From Promethearchaeota archaeon (GTDB taxonomy: Archaea > Asgardarchaeota > Lokiarchaeia > Sigyniarchaeales > SOKP01): a stretch of 64,000 nt of DNA. Within the stretch, counting starts at the first letter, position 1. The number at the start of each line of letters is the position of its first letter. The notes under the pieces were generated by a model. The model did no database searches and was not told the origin of the DNA. It worked only from the letters and a program-made list of their open reading frames with translations. A program made the position numbers and the translations under genes. Shown here one piece after another: positions 8,635 to 18,395 of the stretch. Location of the stretch: the NCBI GenBank assembly GCA_019058295.1, contig JAHPZI010000022.1, positions 197,183 to 261,182 on the forward strand, given 5' to 3'.

Positions 8635-9993
8635 GTGAAAAGTATGGCTAAAAAAGTTAAATCTGTCTGGGTTGAGGAGTATCGACCAAAAAGCATCAGA
8701 GAAATGGCTCTCCCGACTGCAAAGGTTAGCGGTCATAAAGTTGATTTAGCAGAAGATTTAACGAAATTTGTAAAGAATTTTTTCAAAGAAATGAAAAAAA
8801 TAAATGCTGAAAATAGAATTATAAGAGTACATAATAGAACTGCTTCCGAAAAAGAAAGGAAAGAAGAGGTAAAAATAGCACCTGAAAATGCAGCAGTATT
8901 ATTAGAAGGACCACCTGGAATCGGAAAGACTTCCATTGTTTTTGCCCTCGCAAACGATTTAAATATGGAAGTGATTGAGACAAATGCTTCTGATACTCGA
9001 ACAAGAGATGCTCTCGAAAATAAATTAAGGGAAACTGTTAAATCTCGGGGTATTATGGATTTTGTTACTCAATCAAAAGAAAAGCTTATCTTAATTGATG
9101 AAGTTGATGGTATATATGGAACGAAAGATAGGGGTGCGGTTCCTACCATCTTAGATTTAATTCAGAACACTCAATTCCCAATTATTATGTGCTCAAATGA
9201 GTATAAACAAAGTCTTCAACCGCTCTATAATAAAGTTCGAAAGTTCGAGGTTTATCCACTTTCTGACGAGGAAGTGATAAAAATTGCTCATAACATTCTC
9301 AAAAAAGAAAGTATTACAACTCTTAAAAGGAGCGATTTAGATCTTATTATTAAAAAAAATAATGGTGATTTAAGAGGCGTTATTAACGATATTCAAGGAA
9401 TTGCTCAAGGTTCAACTGAAGTAGATAATAAAGATTTAATATTTACTTTACATCGAGATACCACAGAGGAAATTTTTGCTTTAATTAGAGATCTATTTCA
9501 AAACGTTTCTACGCTAAGAGAAGCTCGAGATTTAACAGATAAATCCGATGTAGATTATAATTTTTTATACAAATGGGTAAATGAAAATCTCATCTCGTTC
9601 ATTAAAATAAATAAAGAAATAGCAAATGCTTACGATAATCTCTCTTTGGCTGATGAAGTTTTTGGGCGGATTCGAAGAAATCAATATTGGGCGTTATTAC
9701 CATATTTCTATGATTTATTCGCAGGAGGGACCAGTCTGGCTCAATCCCGGAAAACTAGCGGTTTTCGAAGAGTTGTATTTCCAAGATATGTTGTAGGAGG
9801 TGCGTTTTCTTTAACGAATGCTGAAAGGAGTTTAATCGAAAAAATTAATAAAACCTATGATATATCTCAAATCGAAGCAATTCAAGATTTTATTCCGTTT
9901 TTAAAGATTTTATGTAGCACTTCACGACGACAACTTAAAAATGTGAGTGACTGGCTCGATTTAGATGCGAAAGAAAAGAAGTTATTAAAATAA
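8635..9993 (+). CDS. rfcL: Replication factor C large subunit
   Basis: WVEEYRPKS, GPPGIGKT, ETNASD, IDEVD, GDLRGVIND and large-subunit collar motif LSLAD..FGRI...QYW.LL.Y. Start may be ATG 8644. Confidence 0.93.
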   Translation: MKSMAKKVKSVWVEEYRPKSIREMALPTAKVSGHKVDLAEDLTKFVKNFFKEMKKINAENRIIRVHNRTASEKERKEEVKIAPENAAVLLEGPPGIGKTSIVFALANDLNMEVIETNASDTRTRDALENKLRETVKSRGIMDFVTQSKEKLILIDEVDGIYGTKDRGAVPTILDLIQNTQFPIIMCSNEYKQSLQPLYNKVRKFEVYPLSDEEVIKIAHNILKKESITTLKRSDLDLIIKKNNGDLRGVINDIQGIAQGSTEVDNKDLIFTLHRDTTEEIFALIRDLFQNVSTLREARDLTDKSDVDYNFLYKWVNENLISFIKINKEIANAYDNLSLADEVFGRIRRNQYWALLPYFYDLFAGGTSLAQSRKTSGFRRVVFPRYVVGGAFSLTNAERSLIEKINKTYDISQIEAIQDFIPFLKILCSTSRRQLKNVSDWLDLDAKEKKLLK

Positions 9994-10088
9994 ATTTATA
10001 AAGCATGTTGGACAAATAATCTGTATTTTTGCGATTTTTTATCTTCATCTCAAATCTGATATAAAATCAGCTATTTCCCAAAATATAG

Positions 10089-10478
10089 TTAAGATGATTC
10101 GACAGATACAGTTACTGCAGCATTACATATAATCATATTATCTGAGGTATCGCCTAATTCTTTAATTAAAATACCCTGGGCAACGAGCCCACCATTTACA
10201 ACCTCGATAGACTTTACTCCAAACGGAATCGCTTTTAATATCTTCTTATTATCAATATTTTCAGGAAATGGAGCTCCAATCCTCACGTGTACCTTCATAC
10301 GTATAAAGTCTTTAGGTTCTTTAAGCCCACATATCTCCGATAATCCACATAAACAATTGTTTGATATTGCATTTTTAATTGCCTTTATCGAAGCATTAGT
10401 ACAGTCATTATTATGCCCATGTTGGTCAACACCCATTCCAATTTGTACAATAAATTTCTTATCACTCATGTTTTCCAC
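10089..10478 (-). CDS. Lin0512 family protein
   Basis: IGMGVDQHG...AIKNAI..N and P.G...IEVVNGGL, C-terminal NAAVTV. Start may be ATG 10469. Confidence 0.85.
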   Translation of the reverse strand: MENMSDKKFIVQIGMGVDQHGHNNDCTNASIKAIKNAISNNCLCGLSEICGLKEPKDFIRMKVHVRIGAPFPENIDNKKILKAIPFGVKSIEVVNGGLVAQGILIKELGDTSDNMIICNAAVTVSVESS

Positions 10479-10621
10479 GAATTTTATTATAGTACTTCAT
10501 ATAATATCTAATAATAGAAGTTCTTTAGGAAGATTAAAAAAGATTTTTATATTTGAGTTTCTTCTTTTTCTTTACGTTAAACCTTTTTTTCAAATAAATA
10601 AAGATAGTATTTCTGATTCTT

Positions 10622-11401
10622 ATGAGAGATTTTAAATACTCTGTTAAAAAAATTGACATATTTCTTATAGGATTTCTTATTGTCATTGTCATAGCGACAA
10701 TTCTATGCATCTTAAACCCAACATTTGGAGAATATTTTTCAATTGCCAATTGGTTCGGTTCCGAAGCCCTCGGTAAAGTTCCGATTTGGATCGCATTATT
10801 ATTTGTTATGCTTGTTTGCTTTCTAGGTGCTCTAATCCCTATTCCAGTCCCGTATGCGTTACCGATTACATTGTTCGCAGCCGTTTGGTTTAAGACCTTA
10901 GGATTGACCGCATGGGCATTAATAATAGTCCTTGTATTTCTTGCCTCATTAGCTAATACTATAGGAGACTTAATTGATTATTTAGTAGGAAAAGAGTATC
11001 AGCATATATTGAGTAAAGAGGAACCTGAAGCACAAGATAGATGGAGCCGGCTCTTTTCAAGCAAGCCAAAAACAGTTCCACTTGTAATCGTGATCTTTGG
11101 ACTGACCCCTCTTCCCGATTCTTTATTATTGGTCCCTTTAGGTATTATTAAATATGATATAAAAAAGACTTTTATTTGGATGTTTCTCAGTAGAATAGTT
11201 ATGATGTCATTTTTCGCTCTTGGAGGCATACTTGCGATAGAATGGTTCTTTAGTGAAGGGAGCGGTGATGAACCTTTTGGATGGGTTTTTGGTGTCGTAA
11301 TGTTATATGTTTTATGGGCAATAATAGCAATAATGGCAAAATATAAACCCAAAGAAAAGCAAATAGAAGAAAACGCCGAAGAGAATATAGAAAATCAATA
11401 G
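10622..11401 (+). CDS. DedA/VTT (SNARE-associated) family membrane protein
   Basis: Multiple TM segments, IPIPVP, A.T.GD.IDY.VG and FGLTPLPD re-entrant-type motifs. Confidence 0.75.
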   Translation: MRDFKYSVKKIDIFLIGFLIVIVIATILCILNPTFGEYFSIANWFGSEALGKVPIWIALLFVMLVCFLGALIPIPVPYALPITLFAAVWFKTLGLTAWALIIVLVFLASLANTIGDLIDYLVGKEYQHILSKEEPEAQDRWSRLFSSKPKTVPLVIVIFGLTPLPDSLLLVPLGIIKYDIKKTFIWMFLSRIVMMSFFALGGILAIEWFFSEGSGDEPFGWVFGVVMLYVLWAIIAIMAKYKPKEKQIEENAEENIENQ

Positions 11402-11496
11402 TATATTAGAATTAGAAATTTGTTTATTAGCTAAAGCTTTATTAATTTATGAAATAAATAAAATTAATACTTAAGTTAAAAAATAATTGAGATATA

Positions 11497-13032
11497 ATGT
11501 CAAAAGTTAAAAATGCCTATAAGGAAATTGAAGACATAATCGGTTCAGATTTTATTACCGATAAAGATTTTATGAAAGCAGCTTATTCTCGGAATGTTGA
11601 TCCTGCCTTCCCAGACAGATGGGCTGATATGATTGTGAGACCAGAAACACCCCAAGAAGTTTCTGAAATCGTTAAGATTGCCAATAAATACAAGATCCAC
11701 ATGGTTCCGAGAGGGGGAGGGGCCGATCTAGTCGGCGGTTCTACAACTCAGGGAGGGATTCTCATTGACCTTACAAGAATGAATAACATCCTTGAAATTA
11801 ATGAAGATGATTATTACTGCGTGGTTGAATGTGGTGTCACATGGGGAGCACTATTGTCAGAGATTCTTCCAAGAGGTTTAACTACTGGTGTTACTGGCCC
11901 TGGAAGTGGTTTTTCTGCAACAATTGGAGGAGGTCTTTCAAACAGCACTGCGGGAGCGGGTTCAACTAAGTATGGAGTAGTGCCTGATATTTGCCTGGGA
12001 GTTGAAGTTGTTTTACCTAATCCAGAAGGAACAATCGTTAAAACGGGAGCCGCTGCAAATAAATATGCTGCGCCATTTTGTCGGTATGGTGTTGCACCAG
12101 ACTTTACTGGGCTATTTATGGGCGATGTAGGAACAATGGGTATAAAAACTAAGGCCTTTCTAAGATTGTTTCCAGATCCTCCATTTAAAGCACAGAGATA
12201 TTATTTATTTAATAAAAACGATTATACTGATGTATTTAAAATAGCAAATAGGATTCGGAAGGAAGTAAACGATGGATTACAGGGTTTTGCTGTTGTACCA
12301 CTTTTTTTACTTCAAATGATGGCAGCACAAGTAAAAGAAAAACCAGCGAAAAGGCCAAAATTACGAGGACCTCTATGTATGGTGACATTGGAGGCAACTG
12401 ATAAAAGAATTTTAGAAGTGTATCTTGAGAAAGCTGAAGAAGTTATGACGAAGGATGATATTGCTCGTCCTTTTAAAATTCAGGAAATTAATCCGAGCGC
12501 TGAAGAACAAGAGGAATCGAGTTATAATTTAAAAAACTTCTTTAATTATTTTCACCCATTGATTTCAGTTGCTCCTGGTAAGGTGACATGTACAACTTGC
12601 CATAAAGTGCCAATTTCAGGCATACCAGAATTATCACAAAAAGCTCAACAATTTGATAAAGATCATAGAAGCGAATTTCAACCCAATAGCTTATCTATTT
12701 GGGCTGGAGTCTTAGGTTTTCTACCTAATGGGACATGCATATTTGTTGGTGGATTTAACGCTGATAATGTGGAGGAACAACGTGAAAATTCGATGAGATT
12801 ATGGCATAAAAAAATACGACATCAAGTTCGTTATGGCGGGATTCATTATTGGCTTGGAGAGTCAATTTCACAATCTATAGTCGAGGCTGGCGCTTTCAAA
12901 CCAGAATTTATGGATTTTTTTAGAGATATGAAAAATGCGGTTGATCCAAATTTCTTATTAAGTCCAAATAAGTTTCACATGTATAGTTATGATTACGATC
13001 GTACTAAAAAAATTATAACGGATGAAAATTAG
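11497..13032 (+). CDS. FAD-linked oxidoreductase (FAD_binding_4 / GlcD-VAO superfamily)
   Basis: VRPET..EV...VKIAN, PRGGGADLVGG, ATIGG, G.EVVLP, GTMGI.T, C-terminal DPNFLLSP.K. Confidence 0.9.
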   Translation: MSKVKNAYKEIEDIIGSDFITDKDFMKAAYSRNVDPAFPDRWADMIVRPETPQEVSEIVKIANKYKIHMVPRGGGADLVGGSTTQGGILIDLTRMNNILEINEDDYYCVVECGVTWGALLSEILPRGLTTGVTGPGSGFSATIGGGLSNSTAGAGSTKYGVVPDICLGVEVVLPNPEGTIVKTGAAANKYAAPFCRYGVAPDFTGLFMGDVGTMGIKTKAFLRLFPDPPFKAQRYYLFNKNDYTDVFKIANRIRKEVNDGLQGFAVVPLFLLQMMAAQVKEKPAKRPKLRGPLCMVTLEATDKRILEVYLEKAEEVMTKDDIARPFKIQEINPSAEEQEESSYNLKNFFNYFHPLISVAPGKVTCTTCHKVPISGIPELSQKAQQFDKDHRSEFQPNSLSIWAGVLGFLPNGTCIFVGGFNADNVEEQRENSMRLWHKKIRHQVRYGGIHYWLGESISQSIVEAGAFKPEFMDFFRDMKNAVDPNFLLSPNKFHMYSYDYDRTKKIITDEN

Positions 13033-13099
13033 GTGTTAAAATTAAATAACTTGAAAAATAAATTAACTTAACTTTAAAATTAAAAATAAGTGAAATTAA

Positions 13100-14641
13100 T
13101 TGTCAAAAGTTAAAGATGCGTATAAAGAGATTGAAAATGTAATAGGCTCAGATTATATTACTGATAAAGATTTCATGAAAGCGGCATATTCAAGAAATGT
13201 TGATCCCGCTTTTCCAGATAGATGGGCTGATATAATAGTACGACCAGAAACTACAGAAGAAGTATCTGAGATCGTAAAGATTGCAAATAAATATAAGATT
13301 CCAATTGTTCCTAGAGGCGGAGGCGCAGATCTTGTAGGTGGATCTGTTTCAGAAGGGGGTATCCTTTTGGATCTTACTAGAATGAACAAAATAATCGAAA
13401 TCAATGAGAAAGACTACTATATTGTAGTAGAATGTGGAATAACTTGGGGTGAATTGGATTCTAAATTAGCAGAAAAGGGATTGACAACTGGTTTTTTAGG
13501 TCCAGGAAGTGGTTTTAGTGCTACTGTAGGAGGAGGTTTATCAAACAGTACTGCTGGATTCGGCTCAACTAAATATGGATTAGTTCCTGATATATGTTTG
13601 GGAGTAGAGGTGGTTCTTCCTAATCCTGAGGGAACAATATTAAGAACAGGATCAGCAGCAAATAAGTATGCAAAACCTTTTTGCCGATATGGTGTAGCTC
13701 CCGATTTTACAGGTCTTTTTATGGGAGATGTAGGAACGATGGGAATAAAAACTAAAGCTTTCCTACGAATAGTAAAAGATCCGCCAATAAAAACAATGAG
13801 ATGTTATATCCTCAATAAAAATGACTATAGCAAAGTTTATGAATTATTGCACGAGATTCAATCTGAAATAGCTGATGGGCTACATGATGTTATTGTAGTT
13901 CCCCTTCCTGTGGTTAAAATGAAATCAGGTATTGCGAAAAATAAACCTGCTACAAGAGCTAAAATTAGGGGGTCTGTATTTCAAGTAGGTATGGAAACAC
14001 ATGATCAAAGAATTATGGATATATATTTAGAAAAACTGAATGAAATTATGCTCAAAGATAATGTTTGTAGACCTTTTGAATGGCAAGAAATCGATTTAGA
14101 TGAGCCATTATCTACAGAATGGAATTTTGATTATAAATTCGCTTTTACTTACTTCAATCAGTATATTTCAATAGCACCTCCTAAAATATCTTGCACCACA
14201 TGCCATAAGATACCAATATCATATATTCCAGATGCAGAACAATTAAGCGGTAAGTTTGATGCAAAATTTCGGGGGGAATTTCCTCCAGGAAGCATATCCT
14301 TATTCGCTACGATAATATACTTATTACCAAACGGACATTGTGTATTTGTTGGAGGCTTTAATGCAGATAATACAGATGAACAACATGATAGTGCTATGAA
14401 ATTATGGCATAAAAAATTAAGGGCTCAGACACAATATGGTGGAGCGCACTATTGGTTGGGAGAAGCAATTTCTCAATCTATAGTTGAAGCTGGAGCGTAC
14501 ACCCCGGAATTTTCTCAGTTTTTTAAAGATATGAAGAAAACTGTTGATCCAAATTTTCTTCTCAGTCCGAAAAAATTTCATATGTATAGTTATGAGGATG
14601 ACATTTCAAAACACATAATAGAGGATGAACCATATAAATAG
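13100..14641 (+). CDS. FAD-linked oxidoreductase, tandem paralogue of 11497-13032
   Basis: Same motifs, and the N-terminal half is nearly identical to the upstream gene. TTG start. Confidence 0.9.
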   Translation: MSKVKDAYKEIENVIGSDYITDKDFMKAAYSRNVDPAFPDRWADIIVRPETTEEVSEIVKIANKYKIPIVPRGGGADLVGGSVSEGGILLDLTRMNKIIEINEKDYYIVVECGITWGELDSKLAEKGLTTGFLGPGSGFSATVGGGLSNSTAGFGSTKYGLVPDICLGVEVVLPNPEGTILRTGSAANKYAKPFCRYGVAPDFTGLFMGDVGTMGIKTKAFLRIVKDPPIKTMRCYILNKNDYSKVYELLHEIQSEIADGLHDVIVVPLPVVKMKSGIAKNKPATRAKIRGSVFQVGMETHDQRIMDIYLEKLNEIMLKDNVCRPFEWQEIDLDEPLSTEWNFDYKFAFTYFNQYISIAPPKISCTTCHKIPISYIPDAEQLSGKFDAKFRGEFPPGSISLFATIIYLLPNGHCVFVGGFNADNTDEQHDSAMKLWHKKLRAQTQYGGAHYWLGEAISQSIVEAGAYTPEFSQFFKDMKKTVDPNFLLSPKKFHMYSYEDDISKHIIEDEPYK

Positions 14642-14655
14642 GTGATTAAAAAAAA

Positions 14656-15882
14656 ATGACAGAATTAGATCCAAAAGAGAAGTACAAGCATTTAGCCAAA
14701 TTAGGTAATGTAATTTTACAATGCATAGGTTGTGGTGATTGTAGAGAACAAACAGATTACACTGCAGATCCCCCTAAGTGGGGGGTTTGCGTGGCGAAAG
14801 AAAACACAACTGGTTTTGAGCCTTTTTTTGGTAGAGGTAAAATGCAGATCATTCGATCTCTCTGGCAAGGCAAATTAGAACTGAGTAAAGACATGGCAGA
14901 GGTAATATATCAATGCCCTACATGTAATGCTTGTGCAGAGGCATGCGCTTATGAGATGGATAATGCCACTTTATATGAGGCGTTAAGAGCCGAATTAATT
15001 GATGCTGGCTGCGGTTTAGAGGCACATGTGCCAATGAATCGGGCAATGGTTGAGTTATTAAATCCTTATCAGCGAGATAATAAAGAAAAAAATAATTGGT
15101 TGGAAAAACTCGATTTTAAGGTAAAAAATGCGGATTCTGAGCAAGCAGATGTTTTATATTTTGTTGGATGTACTGCCGCTTTGACTCCAGATATTCAACC
15201 TGTGGCAGTGAATACAGCAAAGATTCTTAAAAAATTGGGAGTAGATTTTTCCGTTTTTGGAGAGCGTGAAGTATGTTGTGGAAGTGTTGCCATGAGAACT
15301 GGGGAAAGAAACGCTTTTAATTCCGTTGCTATGAAAAATGTTGAATTATTTGCGAAAAGTGGAGCAAAGACTATAATAACAAGTTGTGCTGGTTGTTATA
15401 GAACTTTAAAAACTGATTATGCTGATTATCTTAATGATTTAGGTATTGAAATACTTCATACAATTGAATTAGTACGTAATATTATAAACGAAAAAAATAT
15501 TCAATTAAAACATTTAGGAATCACTGCTACATATCACGATCCTTGCCACACGGGAAGAAATTCTGGTTTAAAAGAAGGAGTTAATCCTCTTTACGAAGAA
15601 CCAAGAGAACTTCTAGGAAAAATTGCGAATTTAATCGAAATGAAAACGATTAAAGAAAGTACTAAATGCTGTGGAGCTGGAGGAGGCGTAAAAAAGGGTT
15701 TTCCAGAATTAGCTTTGGAAATTGCTAAAGCAAGAATTCAAGAGGCGGAAGAAACTGGAGCGGAATATCTTGTAAGTATTTGTCCTTTCTGTTATAGAAA
15801 TTTATCTGACGCAATCAAAGCATTAAACTCAGAAATTAAGATGATTGATCTGATGGAATTATTAGAGCAAGCATTAAATTAA
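14656..15882 (+). CDS. Fe-S oxidoreductase, GlcF/HdrD-like (2x4Fe-4S plus two CCG domains)
   Basis: CIGCGDC, CPTCNACAEAC, CCGS..SCAGC, YHDPCH..CCGAGGG..CPFC. Confidence 0.92.
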   Translation: MTELDPKEKYKHLAKLGNVILQCIGCGDCREQTDYTADPPKWGVCVAKENTTGFEPFFGRGKMQIIRSLWQGKLELSKDMAEVIYQCPTCNACAEACAYEMDNATLYEALRAELIDAGCGLEAHVPMNRAMVELLNPYQRDNKEKNNWLEKLDFKVKNADSEQADVLYFVGCTAALTPDIQPVAVNTAKILKKLGVDFSVFGEREVCCGSVAMRTGERNAFNSVAMKNVELFAKSGAKTIITSCAGCYRTLKTDYADYLNDLGIEILHTIELVRNIINEKNIQLKHLGITATYHDPCHTGRNSGLKEGVNPLYEEPRELLGKIANLIEMKTIKESTKCCGAGGGVKKGFPELALEIAKARIQEAEETGAEYLVSICPFCYRNLSDAIKALNSEIKMIDLMELLEQALN

Positions 15883-15886
15883 TTAA

Positions 15887-15898
15887 TTTTTTTTTTTT
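15887..15898 (+). terminator. Oligo-T tract terminator
   Basis: T12 right after the Fe-S gene stop. Confidence 0.5.
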
Positions 15899-15946
15899 CT
15901 TGTTTTTAGAAAAGATATTAAATTTAAATAAGGTTGAAATTCAAAT

Positions 15947-17932
15947 ATGCCAAAATTAAGTGATCCCATAACCATTAGAGGGATGGAATTTAAAAACAGA
16001 TTAGCTTTTCCCCCCATGCTTTCAATGTCCTCAGATGCTGATGGGTGTCCTACTGAAAAGACATTAAATGTTTATGAAACAAAGGCTCGTGGAGGTGCAG
16101 GATTAATTACGTATGAAGCAGTTTCTGTGGAACCTGACATTTTTATGGAGCGAAATGTTACTGCGAATATTGGAAAAGATGATAATATTCCAGCATATAA
16201 AAAAGTTACAGATGCTGTGCATAAGTATGGGGCTAAATTTGGAATGCAACTGGCTGATGGGGGTTTGATTGGTTTTGTTCTTGCTTCATTGTTTGGTGCT
16301 AAAATAGAACCGAGAGGTCCATCATCCGTGGATTTATTACATCTAACTTCAGCTTATGAAACAATGGTTGCATCATGGCCAGATGTTTTAAAACAAACTG
16401 GAGCCATCTGTAAAGAGATGTCTATTCAAGATATTATTGAATTAGAAGATTTATTTGCTGCTGGAGCAAAAAGAGCAATTCAAGCAGGATTTGACTATAT
16501 CGAGATCCATTCCGCCCATGCTACTTTACATTCTGCCTTTATGGCACCTTATGCTAATGTAAGAACCGATAAATATGGAGGGTCTACTGAAAAAAGGTGT
16601 ACTTTTTTATTAGAAACAATGCAAAAAATAAGAGAAGCCATAGGTGAAAAACCTCCCATCTTTGTCCGATTATCTATAGATGAGTTATTACCCGATGGAC
16701 TAAAGTTGGAAGAGTCTAAAAAAATTGCGAAAATAATAGAAAATGCTGGAGTAGATTGTATCGATGTAAGTCAAGGGAATATGATTAGAAGTCCATATGG
16801 CATTCAAATCCCTACTTATTTTGACCATGGTGCTTTCATCCATTTTGCAGAAGAAATTAAAAAGATAGTGAATGTTCCAGTTATCGGTGTTGGAAGAATT
16901 GTCGATCCGAAAATGGCAGATCAATTCATCCAAGAAGGTAAGGCAGATATTATTCATCTAGGAAGACAACTCATCTGCGATGCTGATACCCCACTTAAAT
17001 ACTTTAATGGACAACTTGACGAAATTAAATATTGTATGGGATGTTTACAAGGATGTGCAGGGACATGCGTCTATGATGCGTATAGTGGGCAAAATTATAC
17101 AGAACTCACCCCTTCATCTGATTTAAAGAAAATTGTGGTGTTGGGAGCCGGTATTGCGGGAATGGAAACCGCTAGAGTAGCAAAACTGCGGGGTCATGAT
17201 GTAGAAATATTTGAAAAATCAGATAAGGTGGGTGGATTAATCCCTCTTGTAGCGATGGAATATAAAAAAGAAGAGTTCATGAACATAGTGAATTATTTAA
17301 CATTCCAATTAAAGAAATTAGAAGTGCCTATACATCTCAATAAAGAGTTAACAAGGGAAGAGATTTCTGAGTTAAAACCAGATATATTGGTCTTAGCAAC
17401 CGGTACTGAAGCAACTATACCAACGAATTTGGAAGGCAAACCAAATGTGTTAACTCAGGATGAGGCAATATTAAAAAGCAAACCTATTGGAAAAAATGTG
17501 GTAGTTTGGGGCTTGGGGGCATATTGGAAAGGGGGTCCAGAAACCGCAATAACATTAGCAGAACAAGGATATAATGTCAAAGCATTAATGGGGTCAAACA
17601 CCACCATAGCGACCGAAATGTTAATAGCAACAGGAAGGCGATTATGGATACTTGAGTATTTGAGAGATAAGAAATTACCAATTTACACTAGAGCGAAGTT
17701 ATTGGATGTCACAGAGAAGGGAGTTAAATTCCTTGATGAAAATAAAAATGAACAATTTATTGAAGCTGATACCTTAGTGTATTGTGGCTCCCGAATTACA
17801 AAGGCTAAAAAGTTAAAAAAGCATTTTGAAGGAGTTGCACCATTAATTCAACTTATAGGAGATTGTAAAAGACCAAGAAATATTGCAGAAGCGATGAAAG
17901 ACGCCCAAACTTTTGTTAGAAAATTAAAATAA
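15947..17932 (+). CDS. NADH:flavin oxidoreductase (Old Yellow Enzyme, 2,4-dienoyl-CoA reductase/BaiCD/BaiH-like)
   Basis: KNRL..PPM, AGFD.IEIHSAH, N.RTDKYGGS, Fe-S CMGCLQGC..C, GAGIAG Rossmann motif. Confidence 0.9.
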   Translation: MPKLSDPITIRGMEFKNRLAFPPMLSMSSDADGCPTEKTLNVYETKARGGAGLITYEAVSVEPDIFMERNVTANIGKDDNIPAYKKVTDAVHKYGAKFGMQLADGGLIGFVLASLFGAKIEPRGPSSVDLLHLTSAYETMVASWPDVLKQTGAICKEMSIQDIIELEDLFAAGAKRAIQAGFDYIEIHSAHATLHSAFMAPYANVRTDKYGGSTEKRCTFLLETMQKIREAIGEKPPIFVRLSIDELLPDGLKLEESKKIAKIIENAGVDCIDVSQGNMIRSPYGIQIPTYFDHGAFIHFAEEIKKIVNVPVIGVGRIVDPKMADQFIQEGKADIIHLGRQLICDADTPLKYFNGQLDEIKYCMGCLQGCAGTCVYDAYSGQNYTELTPSSDLKKIVVLGAGIAGMETARVAKLRGHDVEIFEKSDKVGGLIPLVAMEYKKEEFMNIVNYLTFQLKKLEVPIHLNKELTREEISELKPDILVLATGTEATIPTNLEGKPNVLTQDEAILKSKPIGKNVVVWGLGAYWKGGPETAITLAEQGYNVKALMGSNTTIATEMLIATGRRLWILEYLRDKKLPIYTRAKLLDVTEKGVKFLDENKNEQFIEADTLVYCGSRITKAKKLKKHFEGVAPLIQLIGDCKRPRNIAEAMKDAQTFVRKLK

Positions 17933-17943
17933 TTTTTTTTTTT
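17933..17943 (+). terminator. Oligo-T tract terminator
   Basis: T11 immediately after the stop. Confidence 0.5.
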
Positions 17944-18026
17944 AAAACGAGATTGAATGTAATTGAAAATTTCTTTAGGTAAGAAAAATTTTTAAATAAA
18001 ATATAAGAAAAAAAGGAAAATGAATT

Positions 18027-18389
18027 ATGGAAAGACAACCTTTATTTATTGGAGATAAATTAAACGCATCAAAATGCAATGATTGCGGAAATGTTAGATT
18101 CCCGTGGATGGACTACTGTTATAAATGTCAATCAACCAATATTTCAGAATATCTTGTAGGTCCAAAAGGTAAACTCATGAGCTATACGATTTCATATTCC
18201 AAACCTTATGTTGGAAAAATTAAACCCCCTTATGCATACGCTGTAGCAAGATTTCCTACTGATAATGGCCATATAGATGTATTTGGGGCAATAGATTCAC
18301 AGGAACCATTCGATGATATTAAAATAAATGGCTCCGTCAAACTTATTCCTGATAAATTATTAGTAAAATTTAAAATGGGAGATGATTAA
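18027..18389 (+). CDS. DUF35 (ChsH2-like) zinc-ribbon/OB-fold acyl-CoA-binding protein
   Basis: CNDCG..FP..CYKC, GKL.SYT, PY..A.. motif, directly upstream of a thiolase. Confidence 0.88.
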   Translation: MERQPLFIGDKLNASKCNDCGNVRFPWMDYCYKCQSTNISEYLVGPKGKLMSYTISYSKPYVGKIKPPYAYAVARFPTDNGHIDVFGAIDSQEPFDDIKINGSVKLIPDKLLVKFKMGDD

Positions 18390-18395
18390 GGAAAA

